Made by a program: the position numbers and the translations under genes. From Haplodiscus bocki (Eukaryota), in contig OZ296652.1 in the NCBI GenBank assembly GCA_965655095.1, forward strand, positions 57,660,001 through 57,724,000: DNA of 64,000 nucleotides, in the 5' to 3' direction. The notes beneath the pieces are model-generated. The model saw nothing but the letters and a program-made list of their open reading frames with translations. It searched no databases and was not told the origin of the DNA. Below are positions 12,001 through 24,300 of this stretch, one piece after another; positions within the stretch are counted from its first letter, which is position 1, and each line of letters begins with the position of its first letter.

Positions 12001-15000
12001 TTCAACTTTTCCCCTCAGACATCCTTTGGATATGTTTTAACCGCAAATCTGTCTTTTTTGCCAAGATATTGGAGTCTAAGTTCTACGCCGATGTAATGTT
12101 TCAATCGCTTGAAAAATAGTTTTTCAGGAGATTAATTACCACATAGAGAATAGCGTTCTCGAACGCAGAAAGTATCTCAATTTTCAAGTTCGTTTCGCAA
12201 ACCAAATCAATCGTTTTCACCGCAAAGAAATGTAATCCCTTATAGAATTGGCACTTCTCGATTCGCCTTTTCCAAAAAAAGAGATATTCGCAGACCTAGT
12301 TTTGAGGAGATAAACGGCAAATTAACGAAGCATCTTCCAAACATCTCTGCCTTTACGGTACTCAGCACAACTGTCATGGAAGTTTTTATGGCCGCAATTA
12401 AATATTTTTATCCGGAAAAATAGCTTGTACTGCGATGCTTGTGCAAACTTGGGAGTCAGTCGCATACCAAGCTTCCAGGAGATAGGACTAGAATTTAGCT
12501 AAAGATCATCATCAAAGCTTGGAAGAATAAGCAGTTTTATGCTTTCTGCCAAAATAAGCCCTTAGTTAGTCCGCCCGCAGCATTAGCAATTTCTATGATG
12601 GAACGAGGTATTACTAATACGCCTATGTAAATTTCTAGTCACTTGGAGCCCCAAACTCCTGGTAAAACGAGCATATGTTACCATAACGGCTTCATCAGAG
12701 CCAGGAAAGCTAAATTTCGAAGGTTTTTCTGCGTAACAACACAACGAAAATTGTAAATTGCAAGTGAAACTATTTCTCGGAAACAATGAGGTCTCTTTGG
12801 TAGGATTACTCAAAAACGAAGTCACCTGCAGAACTAGTGTCCGAAAGACAACGTAATGGTTGGCTAAATCTCCGAACGAGCTATATACTCCACCCAACTT
12901 GGCTGCAATGAAAAGAACTATGACAGCAAACCAAAACTGATTTCTAATAGAATTGAGTTCTCTGAACGGGGCTAAGTAGGAATCTTGCCACCTGCAGACG
13001 TAGATTCCAGAAAAAAAGACTCAACAGACTAGAGGCATTACCAACTGGGCTGAATTCTGGACATCGAAGCAACTCATAGAATATTGTTAACATCAGCAGG
13101 AACTGTTTCTCTGAAACCACGATTTCTTTAGTAAGCCTACTGAAAACTGGAGTCACTGGCTGAACTAGCGTCTAAGATACAAAGTATAAATTGGCGAAAT
13201 CTCTCCCGAACGATTTCTCTTTTCCAGGCTCCATGGCTAAAATCGAAAGGTTTATGACCTCAACTCAAAACCACATTCTGACAATCTGGAATTCTTTCAC
13301 CCTGGCTAAACAAGAATTTAGCCAATTTCAGAGGTAGTTCTCAGAAAAGTACGATTGTCACCGTATTAAACACATTACGAAGTGGGGTGAAAACTGAAAA
13401 AAGTTACAGCTCAAAAAGAACTCCACAACTCTTGGAACGGCAAAAAATCAAAGTGTGTGACACTCTGATTGATCTTGTTAAAATTCTGGAAAAACTGATC
13501 CATATTCGATGTTAGACGTTGAGTGTATGAGTAAATAAATTCAAACAAGCTGAGTTTTCAGGTTCCTCTCTCGCAAAAGTTGATCAATAAAATTGAACTG
13601 AACGAAAAGTTATTTTACTGGAAATTTCTGTTTCCCTGTTTTTTTTCGAGCCTGAACTGTGTCAATTGCAGACCTACATTCAGGAGATAAAAGTCTATAT
13701 TGACGAAACAATTGCAAAGCCAAGAAATCCTGCAACTCCAACTTTCTCCGTCAAACATCCTATCGAACTGCTTCCACAGCGACCCAATTATTTTTAGAGA
13801 CAGATTGGAGTGTCATTGCTTCGATATGTGACGTTTTGGCCAATTGCAGAAAGACTTCCACGAGATCAAGTACGATTTAACGAAGTTTCTTGCTTGGTAT
13901 CAAAAAAACGCTGAATCTTAAGATTTTTTTTCGCGAAAAACACTCATCACAACCTCTGGCCGCATGGTAAAACTTTCCCAAGAATGGAGCTTAATCTCTA
14001 TGTCTTATCCAATGTAGGATCATTCACAGTGATAGCTGCCAGTTGATAGAAGACAAACTGACGAAAATTGATCGTAACAACTTCTTCGTTGGAGCACTTT
14101 CAGGAACACTAGCTCCGCAAATTTAATGCCCGCAAATAAACGATTTTATCCGCAATAAATGGTTTTTCCTGCGATGGTTGTGCAAACTTGGGAGACGTTT
14201 ACATACCTAGCGTCAAGGATAAAAGACTGGAAAATACTACGCTCATCATCAAAGCCTGAAAAACCTAGGATTTGAGCCTTCAGCGGAAATCGGTCCTTAG
14301 TTTGTTTGGCCGCAACAATAAAGGTTCTTCTGATGAAAGGCATAACCAGTACGCACATGTGAAATTTTAGACGCTTGGAGACCAATTTCACAGGGAAAAA
14401 AATCAGAATTTTCCGAGATGTCTGCATTAAAGCCAGAAATTGCTGAGTTTCCGAAAGTATTCTGCAAAACAACTCATACAACATTGTTAACATCAACTGG
14501 AACTTTTTCTCTGAAACAACAATCGCTTTAGTACGCCTACTCAAAACTGTAGTCAGTGGTTGAACTAGCGTCTGAGACAATGTATAAATTGGCGAAATCT
14601 CTCCCGAACGAATTCTATTTTCCAGACTACATGGCTAAAATCGAAAGAACTATGACCTCAACTGAAAATCACATTCTGACAAACTGGAACTCTTTCACCG
14701 TGGCTAAGCTGGAATTTAGCCAATTTCAGAGGTACTTCTCAGAAAAGTACGATTGTCACCGTATAAAACACATTACGAAGTAGGCTGAAAAACTGAAGTT
14801 TTAAAGCTCAAAAAAACTCCATAACTCTTTGAACGGCAAAAAAATCATAGTGTGTGACACTCTGATTTATCTTGTTAAACTTCTGGAAAATCTGATCCAT
14901 ATTCGAAGCTAGACCTTTGAGTACATAAATTCAAACAAACTGAGTTTTCAGGTTCCTCTCTCGCAAAAATTGATCAATAAAATTGAACTGAACGAAAAGT

Positions 15001-18000
15001 TATTTTACTGGAAAAATCTGTTTCCCTAGTCTTTTCGAGCCTTAACTGTGTCAATTGCAGACCTAGGTTCGGGATATAAAAGTTAAAATTGACGAAACAA
15101 ATGCAAAACCAAGAAATGCTGCAACTCCAACTTTTTAGGTCAAACATCCAATCGAACTGCTTCCACAGGGACTCAAATATTTTTAGAGACAGATTGGAGT
15201 GTCATTGCTTCGCTATCTGAAGTTTTTGCCACTTGCAGAAAGGACTTCCAGTAATCACGTAGAATTTAACGATGTTTCTTGCCTAGGATCAAAAAACGCT
15301 GAAGCTTGAGCTTTTTTTCGCAAAAAGATTCATCAAAGCCTCTGGCCGCATGGAAAAACTTTCCGAAGAATGGAGCTTCATCTTTGTGTCTTGTCCAATG
15401 TGGGATCATTCACAGAGGTATCTGAAAGTTGATAGAAGACAAACTGACGAAATTTGATCGTAACAACTTCTTCGTTGGAGCACTTTGAAGAACACGCGCC
15501 GCAAATTTCATGCCCGCAACTAAACGGTTTCATCAGCAAAAAACTGGTTTTTCCTGCGATGGTTGTGCAAACTTGGGAGTCCTTTGCATACCTAACGTCC
15601 AGGATAAAAGACTGGAAAATAGGACACTCATCATCAAAGCCTGAAGAATCTAAGATTTGAGCCGCCTACGGAAATCGGTCCTTGGTTTGTTTGCCCGCAA
15701 CAATAAAGGTTCTTCAGTTGAAAGGCCTTACAAGTACGCACATGTGATAGTTTAGTCGCTTGGAGACCAATTTCCCAGGAAAGAAAGTCAGAATTTTCCG
15801 TAATGTCTGCATTGAAGCCAGAAAATGCTGAGTTTTCGAAAGTATTCTGCAAAACAACTCTTAGAATGTTGTTAACAACAACTGGAACTGTTTCTCTCAA
15901 ACAACGATCCTTAGTACGCCTACTCAAAACTGAAGTCACTGGCTGAACTAGCGTCTAAGAGACAAAGTATAAATTGGCAAAATCTCTCCCGAACGAATTC
16001 CACTTTCCAGGCTACATGGCTAAAATCGAAAGAACTATGACCGCAACTGGAAACCACATTCTGACAAACTGGAATTTTTTCAACCTGGCTCAGCAAGAAT
16101 TTAGCCAAATTTAGAGGTAGTTCTCAGAAAAGTAGGACTGTCACCGTAGTAAACACACTACCAAGTAGGCTGAACAACTGAACTTTTTTAGCTCGAAAGG
16201 AATTCCACAACTCTTTGAACGTCGAAAAATCATAGTGTGTGACACTCTGATTTTTCTTGTTAAACTTCTGGAAAAACTGATCCATATTCGATGTTAGACG
16301 TTGAGTGTATGAGTAAATAAATTCAAACAAGCTGAGTTTTCAGGTTCTTCTCTCGCAAAAGTTGATCAATAAAATTGAACTGAACGAAAAGTTATTTTAC
16401 TGGAAAGTTCTGTTTCCCTGTTCTTTTCGAACCTTAACTATGTCAATTGCAGACCTAGGTTCAGGATATAACAGTCAATATTGGCGAAACAAATGCAAAA
16501 CCAAGAAATGCTGCAACTCCAACTTTTTCCGTCAAACATCCTATCGAACTGCTTCCCCAGGGACTCAAATATTTTTAGAGACAGATTGGAGTGTCATTGC
16601 TTCGCTATGTGAAGTTTGTGCCAAGTGCAGAAAGACTTCCAAGAGATCAAGTACGAGTTAACGAAGTTTCTTGCTTAGTATCAATAAACGCTGAATTTTA
16701 GGCTTTTTTCCGCAAAAAGGCTCATCAAAACCTCTGGCCCCATGGAAAAACTTTCTGAAGAATGCAGGTTCATCTTTATGTCTTATACAATGTAGGATCA
16801 TTCACAGAGATAGCTGCCAGTTGATAGAAGACAAACTGACGACAATTGATCGTAACAACTTCTTCGTTGGAGCACTTTGAGGAACAATCGCTTCGCAAAT
16901 TTTATGCCCGGAAAAAAAAGATTTTATCCGCAAAAAAATAGCATTTCCTGCGATGGTTGTGCAAACTTGGGAGTCCTATGCATACCTAGCGTCCAGGATA
17001 AAAGACTGGACAATACGACGATCATCATCGAAGGCTAAAAAATCCAAGATTTGAGCCTTCTGCGGAAATCAGTCCTTGGTTTGTTTGCCCGCAACAATAA
17101 AGGTTCTTCTGTTGAAAGGCCTTACCAGTACGCACATGTGAAATTTTAGACGCTCGGAGACCAACTTCACAGGGAAAAAATCAGAATTTTCCGTAACGTC
17201 TGCATTAAAGCCAGAAATTGCTGACTTTTCGAAAGTAGTCGGCAAAACAAGTCATAAAATATTGTTAACATCAACTGGAACTGTTTCTCTCAAACAACGA
17301 TCTTCAGTACGCCTACTCAAAAATGAAGTCACTGGCTGAACAAGCGTCTAAGAGACAAAGTATAAACTGGCAGAATCTCTCTCGAACGAATTCTATTTTC
17401 CAGGCTACATGGCTAAAATCGAAAGAACTATGACCGCAACTGAAAACCACATTCTGACAAACTGAAATTCTATCACCCTGGCTAAGCAAGAAGTTGGCCA
17501 ATTTCAAAGGTAGTTCTCAGAAAATTAGGATTGTCATCGTATTAAACACATTACGAAGTAGGCTGAAAAACGGGAAACTTTTTATAGCTCAAAACGAACT
17601 ACACAATTCTTTGAACGGCAAAAAATCAAAGTGTGTGACACTCTGATTGATCTTGTTAAAATTCTGGAAAAACTGATCCATATTCGATGTTAGACGTTGA
17701 GTGTATGAGTAAATAAATTCAAACAAGCTGAGTTTTCAGGTTCCTCTCTCGCAAAAGTTGATCAATAAAATTGAACTGAACGAAAAGTTATTTTACTGGA
17801 AATTTCTGTTTCCCTGTTTTTTTCGAGCCTTAACTGTGTCAATTGCAGACCTAGGTTCAGGATACAAAAGTTAAAATTGACGAAACAAATGCAAAACCAA
17901 GAAATGCTGCAATTCCAACTTTTTAGGTCAAACATCCAATCGAACTGCTTCCACAGGGACTCAAATATTTTTAGATACAGATTGGAGTGTCATTGCTTCG

Positions 18001-21000
18001 CTATGTGAAGTTTGTGCCAATTGCAGAAAGACTTCCACGAGATCAAGTACGGTTTAACGAAGTTTCTTGCTTAGTACCAAAAAAAACGCTGAATCTGAAG
18101 CTTTTTTTCGCAAAAAGACTCATCAAAACCTCTGGCCGCATGGAAAAATTTTCCCAAGAATGGAGGTTCATCTTTATGTCTTATCCAATGTAGGATCATT
18201 CACAGAGATAGCTGCCACTTGATAGAAGACAAACTGACGATAATTGATCGTAACAACTTCTTCGTTGGAGCACTTTCAGGAACACTAGCTTCGCAAATTT
18301 TATGCCCGCAACTTGACAATTCTATCCACAAAAAATGGTTTTTCCAGCGATGCCTGTGCAAACTTGGGAGTCGTTTGCATACCTAGCGTCCAGGATAAAA
18401 GACTGGAAAATACGACGATCCTCATCGAAGCCTGAAAAATCTAAGAATTGAGCCTTCAGCGGAAATCGGTCCTTGGTTTGTTTGCCCGCAACAATAAAAG
18501 TTCTTCTGTTGAAAGGCCTTACCAGTACGCACATGTGAAATTTTAGTCGCTTGGAGACCAATTTCACAGGAAAAAAATCAGAATTTTCCGTAATGTCTGC
18601 ATTGAAGCCAGAAAATGCTGAGTTTTCGAAAGTATTCTGCAAAACAACTCTTAGAATATTGTTAACATCAACTGGAATTGTTTCTCTCAAACAACGATCT
18701 TTAGTACGCCTACTCAAAACTGAAGTCACTGGCTGAACTGGCGTCTGAGACAAAGCAAAAATTGGCGAAACCTCTCCAGAACGAATTCTACTTTCCAGGC
18801 TACATGGCTAAAATCGAAAGAGCCATGACCGCAGCTGGAAACCACATTCTGACAAACTGGAATTTTTTCAACCTGGCTAAGCAAGAATTTAGCCAAATTT
18901 AGAGGTAGTTCTCAGAAAAGTAGGACTGTCACCGTAAAAAACACGTTACGAAGTAGGCTGAAAAACTGAACTTTTATAGCTCAAAAGGAATTCCACAACT
19001 CTTTGAACGTCAAAAAATCATAGTGTGTGACATTCTGATTTTTCTTGTTAAACTTCTGGAAAAACTGATCCATATTCGATGTTAGACGTTGAGTGTATGA
19101 GTAAATAAATTCAAACAAGCTGAGTTTTCAGGTTCCTCTCTCGCAAAAGTCGATCAATAAAATTGAACTGAACGAAAAGTTATTTTACTGGAAATTTCTG
19201 TTTCCCTGTTTTTTTCGAGCCTTAACTGTGTCAATTGCAGACCTAGGTTCAGGATGTAAGAGTCAGTATTGACGAAACAAATGCAAAACCAAGAAATGCT
19301 GCAACTCCAACTTTTTCCGTCAAACATCCTGTCGAACTGCTTCCACAGGGACTCAAATATTTTTAGAGACAGATTGGAGTGTCATTGCTTCGCTATGTGA
19401 AGTTTGTGCCAATTGCAGAAAGACTTCCACGAGATCAAGTACGGTTTAACGAAGTTTCTTGCTTAGTACCAAAAAAAACGCTGAATCTGAAGCTTTTTTT
19501 CGCAAAAAGACTCATCAAAACCTCTGGCCGCATGGAAAAATTTTCCCAAGAATGGAGGTTCATCTTTATGTCTTATCCAATGTAGGATCATTCACAGAGA
19601 TAGCTGCCACTTGATAGAAGACAAACTGACGATAATTGATCGTAACAACTTCTTCGTTGGAGCACTTTCAGGAACACTAGCTTCGCAAATTTTATGCCCG
19701 CAACTTGACAATTCTATCCACAAAAAATGGTTTTTCCAGCGATGCCTGTTCAAACTTGGGAGTCCTTTGCATACCTAGCGTCCAGGATAAAAGACTGGAC
19801 AATACGACGATCATCATCGAAGCCTGAAAAATCTAAGAATTGAGCCTTCAGCGGAAATCGGTCTTTGGTTTGTTTGCCCGCAACAATAGGGGTCCTTCTG
19901 ATGAAAGGCCTTACCAGTACGCACATGTGAAATTTTAGTCGCTTGGAGACCAGTTTCACAGGGAAAAAAATCAGAATTTTCCTTAATTTCTGCATTAAAG
20001 CCAGAAACTGCTGACTTTACGAAATTATTCTGCGAAACAACTCATAGAATATTGTTAACATCAACTGGAACTGTTTCTCTCAAACAACGATCCTCAGTAC
20101 GCCTACTCAAAAATGAAGTCACTGGCTGAACAAGCGTCTAAGAGACAAAGTATAAATAGGCAGAATCTCTCCAGAACGATTTCTATTTTCCAGGCTACAT
20201 GCCTAAAATCGAAAGAATAATGACCGCAACTGGAAACCACATTCTGACAAACTGGAATTCTTTCACCCTGGCTAAGCAAGAAGTTAGCCAATTTCAAAGG
20301 TAGTTCTCAGAAAAGTAGGATTGTCATCGCATTAGACACATTACGAAGTAGGCTGAAAAACGGGAAACTTTTTATAGCTCAAAACGAACTACACAACTCT
20401 TTGAACGGCAAAAAAATCATAGTTGTTGACACTCTGATTTATCTTGTTAAAAATCTACAAAAACTTATCCATATTCGAAGTTAGACGTTGAGTGTATGAG
20501 TAAATAAATTCAAACAAGCTGAGTTTTCAGGTTCCTCTCTCGCAAAAGTTGATCAATAAAATTGAACTGAACGAAAAGTTATTTTACAGGAAAATTCTGT
20601 TTCCCTGTTCTTTTCGAGCCTTAACTGTGTCAATTGTAGACCTAGGTTCAGGATATAAAAGTCAAAATTGACGAAACAAATGCAAAACCAAGAAATGCTG
20701 CAACTCCAACTTTTTAGGTCAAACATCCAATCGAACTGCTTCCACAAGGACTCAAATATTTTTAGAGACAGATTGGAGTGTCATTGCTTCGCTATGTGAA
20801 GTTTGTGCCAATTGCAGAAAGACTTCCACGAGATCAAGTACGGTTTAACGAAGTTTCTTCCTTAGTACCAAAAAAAACGCTGAATCTGAAGCTTTTTTTC
20901 GCAAAAAGACTCATCAAAACCTCTGGCCGCATGGAAAAATTTTCCCAAGAATGGAGGTTCATCTTTATGTCTTATCCAATGTAGGATCACTCACAGAGAT

Positions 21001-21380
21001 AGCTGCCACTTGATAGAAGACAAACTGACGATAATTGATCGTAACAACTTCTTCGTTGGAGCACTTTCAGGAACACTAGCTTCGCAAATTTTATGCCCGC
21101 AACTTGACAATTCTATCCACAAAAAATGGTTTTTCCAGCGATGCCTGTTCAAACTTGGGAGTCCTTTGCATACCTAGCGTCCAGGATAAAAGACTGGACA
21201 ATACGACGATCATCATCGAAGCCTGAAAAAACTAAGATTTGAGCCTTCAGCGGAAATCGGTCTTTGGTTTGTTTGCCCGCAACAATAGGGGTCCTTCTGA
21301 TGAAAGGCCTTACCAGTACGCACATGTGAAAGTTTAGTCGCTTGGAGACCAATTTCACAGGGAAAAAAATCAGAATTTTC
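6051..21380. repeat. Left flank: heterogeneous, mosaic B-type units (mostly 1379-1399 bp) with embedded A-like and divergent D segments
   Basis: B-diagnostic strings are gatcaagtacg(a/g)tttaacgaag and acttcttcgttggagcac. Most units keep gttagacgttgagtgtatgag and aaaagtcaatattgacg. Neighbouring units differ visibly. Confidence 0.88.
8150..14095. repeat. Tandem duplication with a 3126-bp period (one 1736-bp unit plus one 1390-bp unit); shared block ~8150-10970 and ~11275-14095
   Basis: ORF pairs are offset by exactly 3126: 8215/11341, 8413/11539, 9771/12897 and 9818/12944. Both copies share the private junction ctggacatcgaagcaactc and the allele cagacctacattcaggagat. Confidence 0.93.
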
Positions 21381-24300
21381 CGTAATGTCTTCATTAAAGC
21401 CAGAAATTGCTGAGTTTTCGAAAGTATTCTGCAAAACAACTCATACAATATTGTTAACATCAACTGGAACTGTTTCTCTGAAACAACGATCTCTATAGTA
21501 TGCCTACTCAAAACTGAAGTCACTGGCTGAACTAGCGTCTAAGAGACAAAGTATAAATTGGCAGAATCTCTCCCGAACGAATTCTATTTTCCAGGCTACA
21601 TGGCTGAAATCGAAAAAACTATCTACGCAACTGGAAACCACATTCTGACAAACTGGAATTCTTTCACCCTGGCTAAGCAAGAAGTTAGCCAATTTTAGAG
21701 GTAGTTCTCAGAAAAGTAGGATTGTCACCGTATTAAGCACATTACGAAGTAGGCTGAAAAACTGAAGTTTTAAAGCTCAAAAAAACTCCATAACTCTTTG
21801 AACGGCAAAAAAATCATAGTGTGTGACACTCTGATTTATCTTGTTAAACTTCTGGAAAAACTGATCCATATTCGAAGCTAGACGTATGAGGACATAAATT
21901 CAAACAAGCTGAGTTTTCAGGTTCCTCTCTCGCAAAAATTGATCAATAAAATTGAACTGAACCAAAAGTTATTTTACTGGAAACTTCTGTTCCCCTGTTC
22001 TTTTCGAGCCTTAAGTGTCAATTGCAGACATAGGTTCAGGATATAAAACGAAACAATTGCAAAACCAAGAAATGCTGCAACCCCAACTTTTTCCGTCAAA
22101 CATCTTATCGAATTGCTTCCACAGCGACTCAAATACTTTTAGAGACAGATTGGAGTGCCATTGCTTCGCTATGTGAAGTTTTTGCCAATTGCAGAAGGAC
22201 TTCCACGAGATCAAAAAAGATTTAACCAAGTTTCTTGCTTAGTATCAAAAAACACTGAATCTTGAGCTTTTTTCGCAAAAAGACTCATGAAAACCTCTGG
22301 CCGCATGGAAAAACTTTCCGAAGAATGGAGCTTCATCTTTGTGTCTTATCCAATGTATGATCACTCACAAAGATAGCTGCCAGTTAATAGAAGATAAACT
22401 GACGAGATTTGATCGTAACAACTTCTTCGTTGGAGCACTTCGAGGAACACTCGCATCACAAACTTCATGCCCGCAACTAAACGATTTTATCGGCAAAAAA
22501 GTTTTTCCTGCGTTGGTTGTGCAAACTTGGGAGTCGTTTGCATACCTAGCGTCCAGGATAAAAGACTGGAAAATACGACGATCCTCATCAAAGCCTGAAA
22601 AATCTAAGAATTGAGCCTTCAGCGGAAATCGGTCCTTGGTTTTTTTGCCCGCAACAATAAGGGTTCTTCTGATGAAAGGCCTTACCAGTACGCACATGTG
22701 AAACTTTAGTCGCTTGGAGACCAATTTCACAGGGAAAAAAATCAGAATATTCCGTAATGTCTTCATTAAAGCCAGAAATTGCTGAGTTTTCGAAAGTATT
22801 CTGCAAAACATTTCATACAATATTGTTAACATCAACTGGAACTGTTTCTCTGAAACAACGATCTCTATAGTATGCCTACTCAAAACTGAAGTCACTGGCT
22901 GAACTAGCGTCTAAGAGACAAAGTATAAATTGGCAAAATCTCTCCCGAACGAATTCTATTTTCCAGGCTACATGGCTAAAATCGAAAAAACTATCAACGC
23001 AACTGGAAACCACATTCTGACAAACTGGAATTCTTTCACCCTGGCTAAGCAAGAAGTTAGCCAATTTTAGAGGTAGTTCTCAGAAAAGTAGGATTGTCAC
23101 CGTATTAAACACATTACGAAGTCGGCTGAAAAACTGAAGTTTTAAAGCTCAAAAAACCTCCATAACTCTTTGAACGGCAAAAAAATCATAGTGTGTGACA
23201 CTCTGATTTATCTTGTTAAACTTCTGGAAAACTGATCCATATTCGAAGCTAGACGTATGAGTACATAAATTCAAACAAGCTGAGTTTTCAGGTTCCTCTC
23301 TCGCAAAAATTGATCAATAAAATTGAACTGAACCAAAAGTTAATTTACTGGAAACTTTTGTTCCCCTGTTCTTTTCGAGCCTTAAGTGTCAATTGCAGAC
23401 ATAGGTTCAGCATATAAAACGAAACAATCGCAAAACCAAGAAATGCTGCAACCCCAACTTTTTCCGTCAAACATCCTATCGAATTGCTTCCACAGCGACT
23501 CAAAAACTTTTAGAGACATATTGGAGTGTCATTGCTTCGCTATGTGAAGTTTTTGCCAATTGCAGAAGGACTTCCACGAGATCAAAAAAGATTTAACCAA
23601 GTTTCTTGCCTAGTATCAAAAAACGCTGAATCTTGAGCTTTTTCGCAAAAAGACTCATGAAAACCTCTGGCCGCATGGAAAAACTCTCCGAAGAATGGAG
23701 CTTCATCTCTGTGTCTTATCCAATGTATGATCAATCATAAAGATAGCTGCCAGTTGATAGAAGATAAACTGACGAGATTTGATCGTAACAACTTCTTCGT
23801 TGGAGCACTTCGAGGAACACTCGCATCACAAACTTCATGCCCGCAACTAAACGATTTTATGGGCAAAAAAGTTTTTCCTGCGATGGTTGTGCAAACTTGG
23901 GAGTCGTTTGCATAACTAGCGTCCAGGATAAAAGACTGGAAAGTACGACGATCCTCATCAAAGCCTGAAAAATCTAGGAATTGAGCCTTCAGCGGAAATC
24001 GGTCCTTGGTTTTTTTGCCCGCAACAATAAGGGTTCTTCTGATGAAAGGCCTTACCAGTACGCACATGTGAAACTTTAGTCGCTTGGAGACCAATTTCAC
24101 AGGGAAAAAAATCAGAATATTCCGTAATGTCTTCATTAAAGCCAGAAATTGCTGAGTTTTCGAAAGTATTCTGCAAAACAACTCATACAATATTGTTAAC
24201 ATCAACTGGAACTGTTTCTCTGAAACAACGATCTCTATAGTATGCCTACTCAAAACTGAAGTCACTGGCTGAACTAGCGTCTAAGAGACAAAGTATAAAT

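Noticed and set aside
22818-22833. Short palindromes (caatattg, tgttaaca, cacatgtg, gaattc) as functional dyads or terminators
   Set aside because: Palindromes of 6-8 bp are expected by chance in AT-rich DNA, are not conserved in subfamily A, and form no extended stem-loop.
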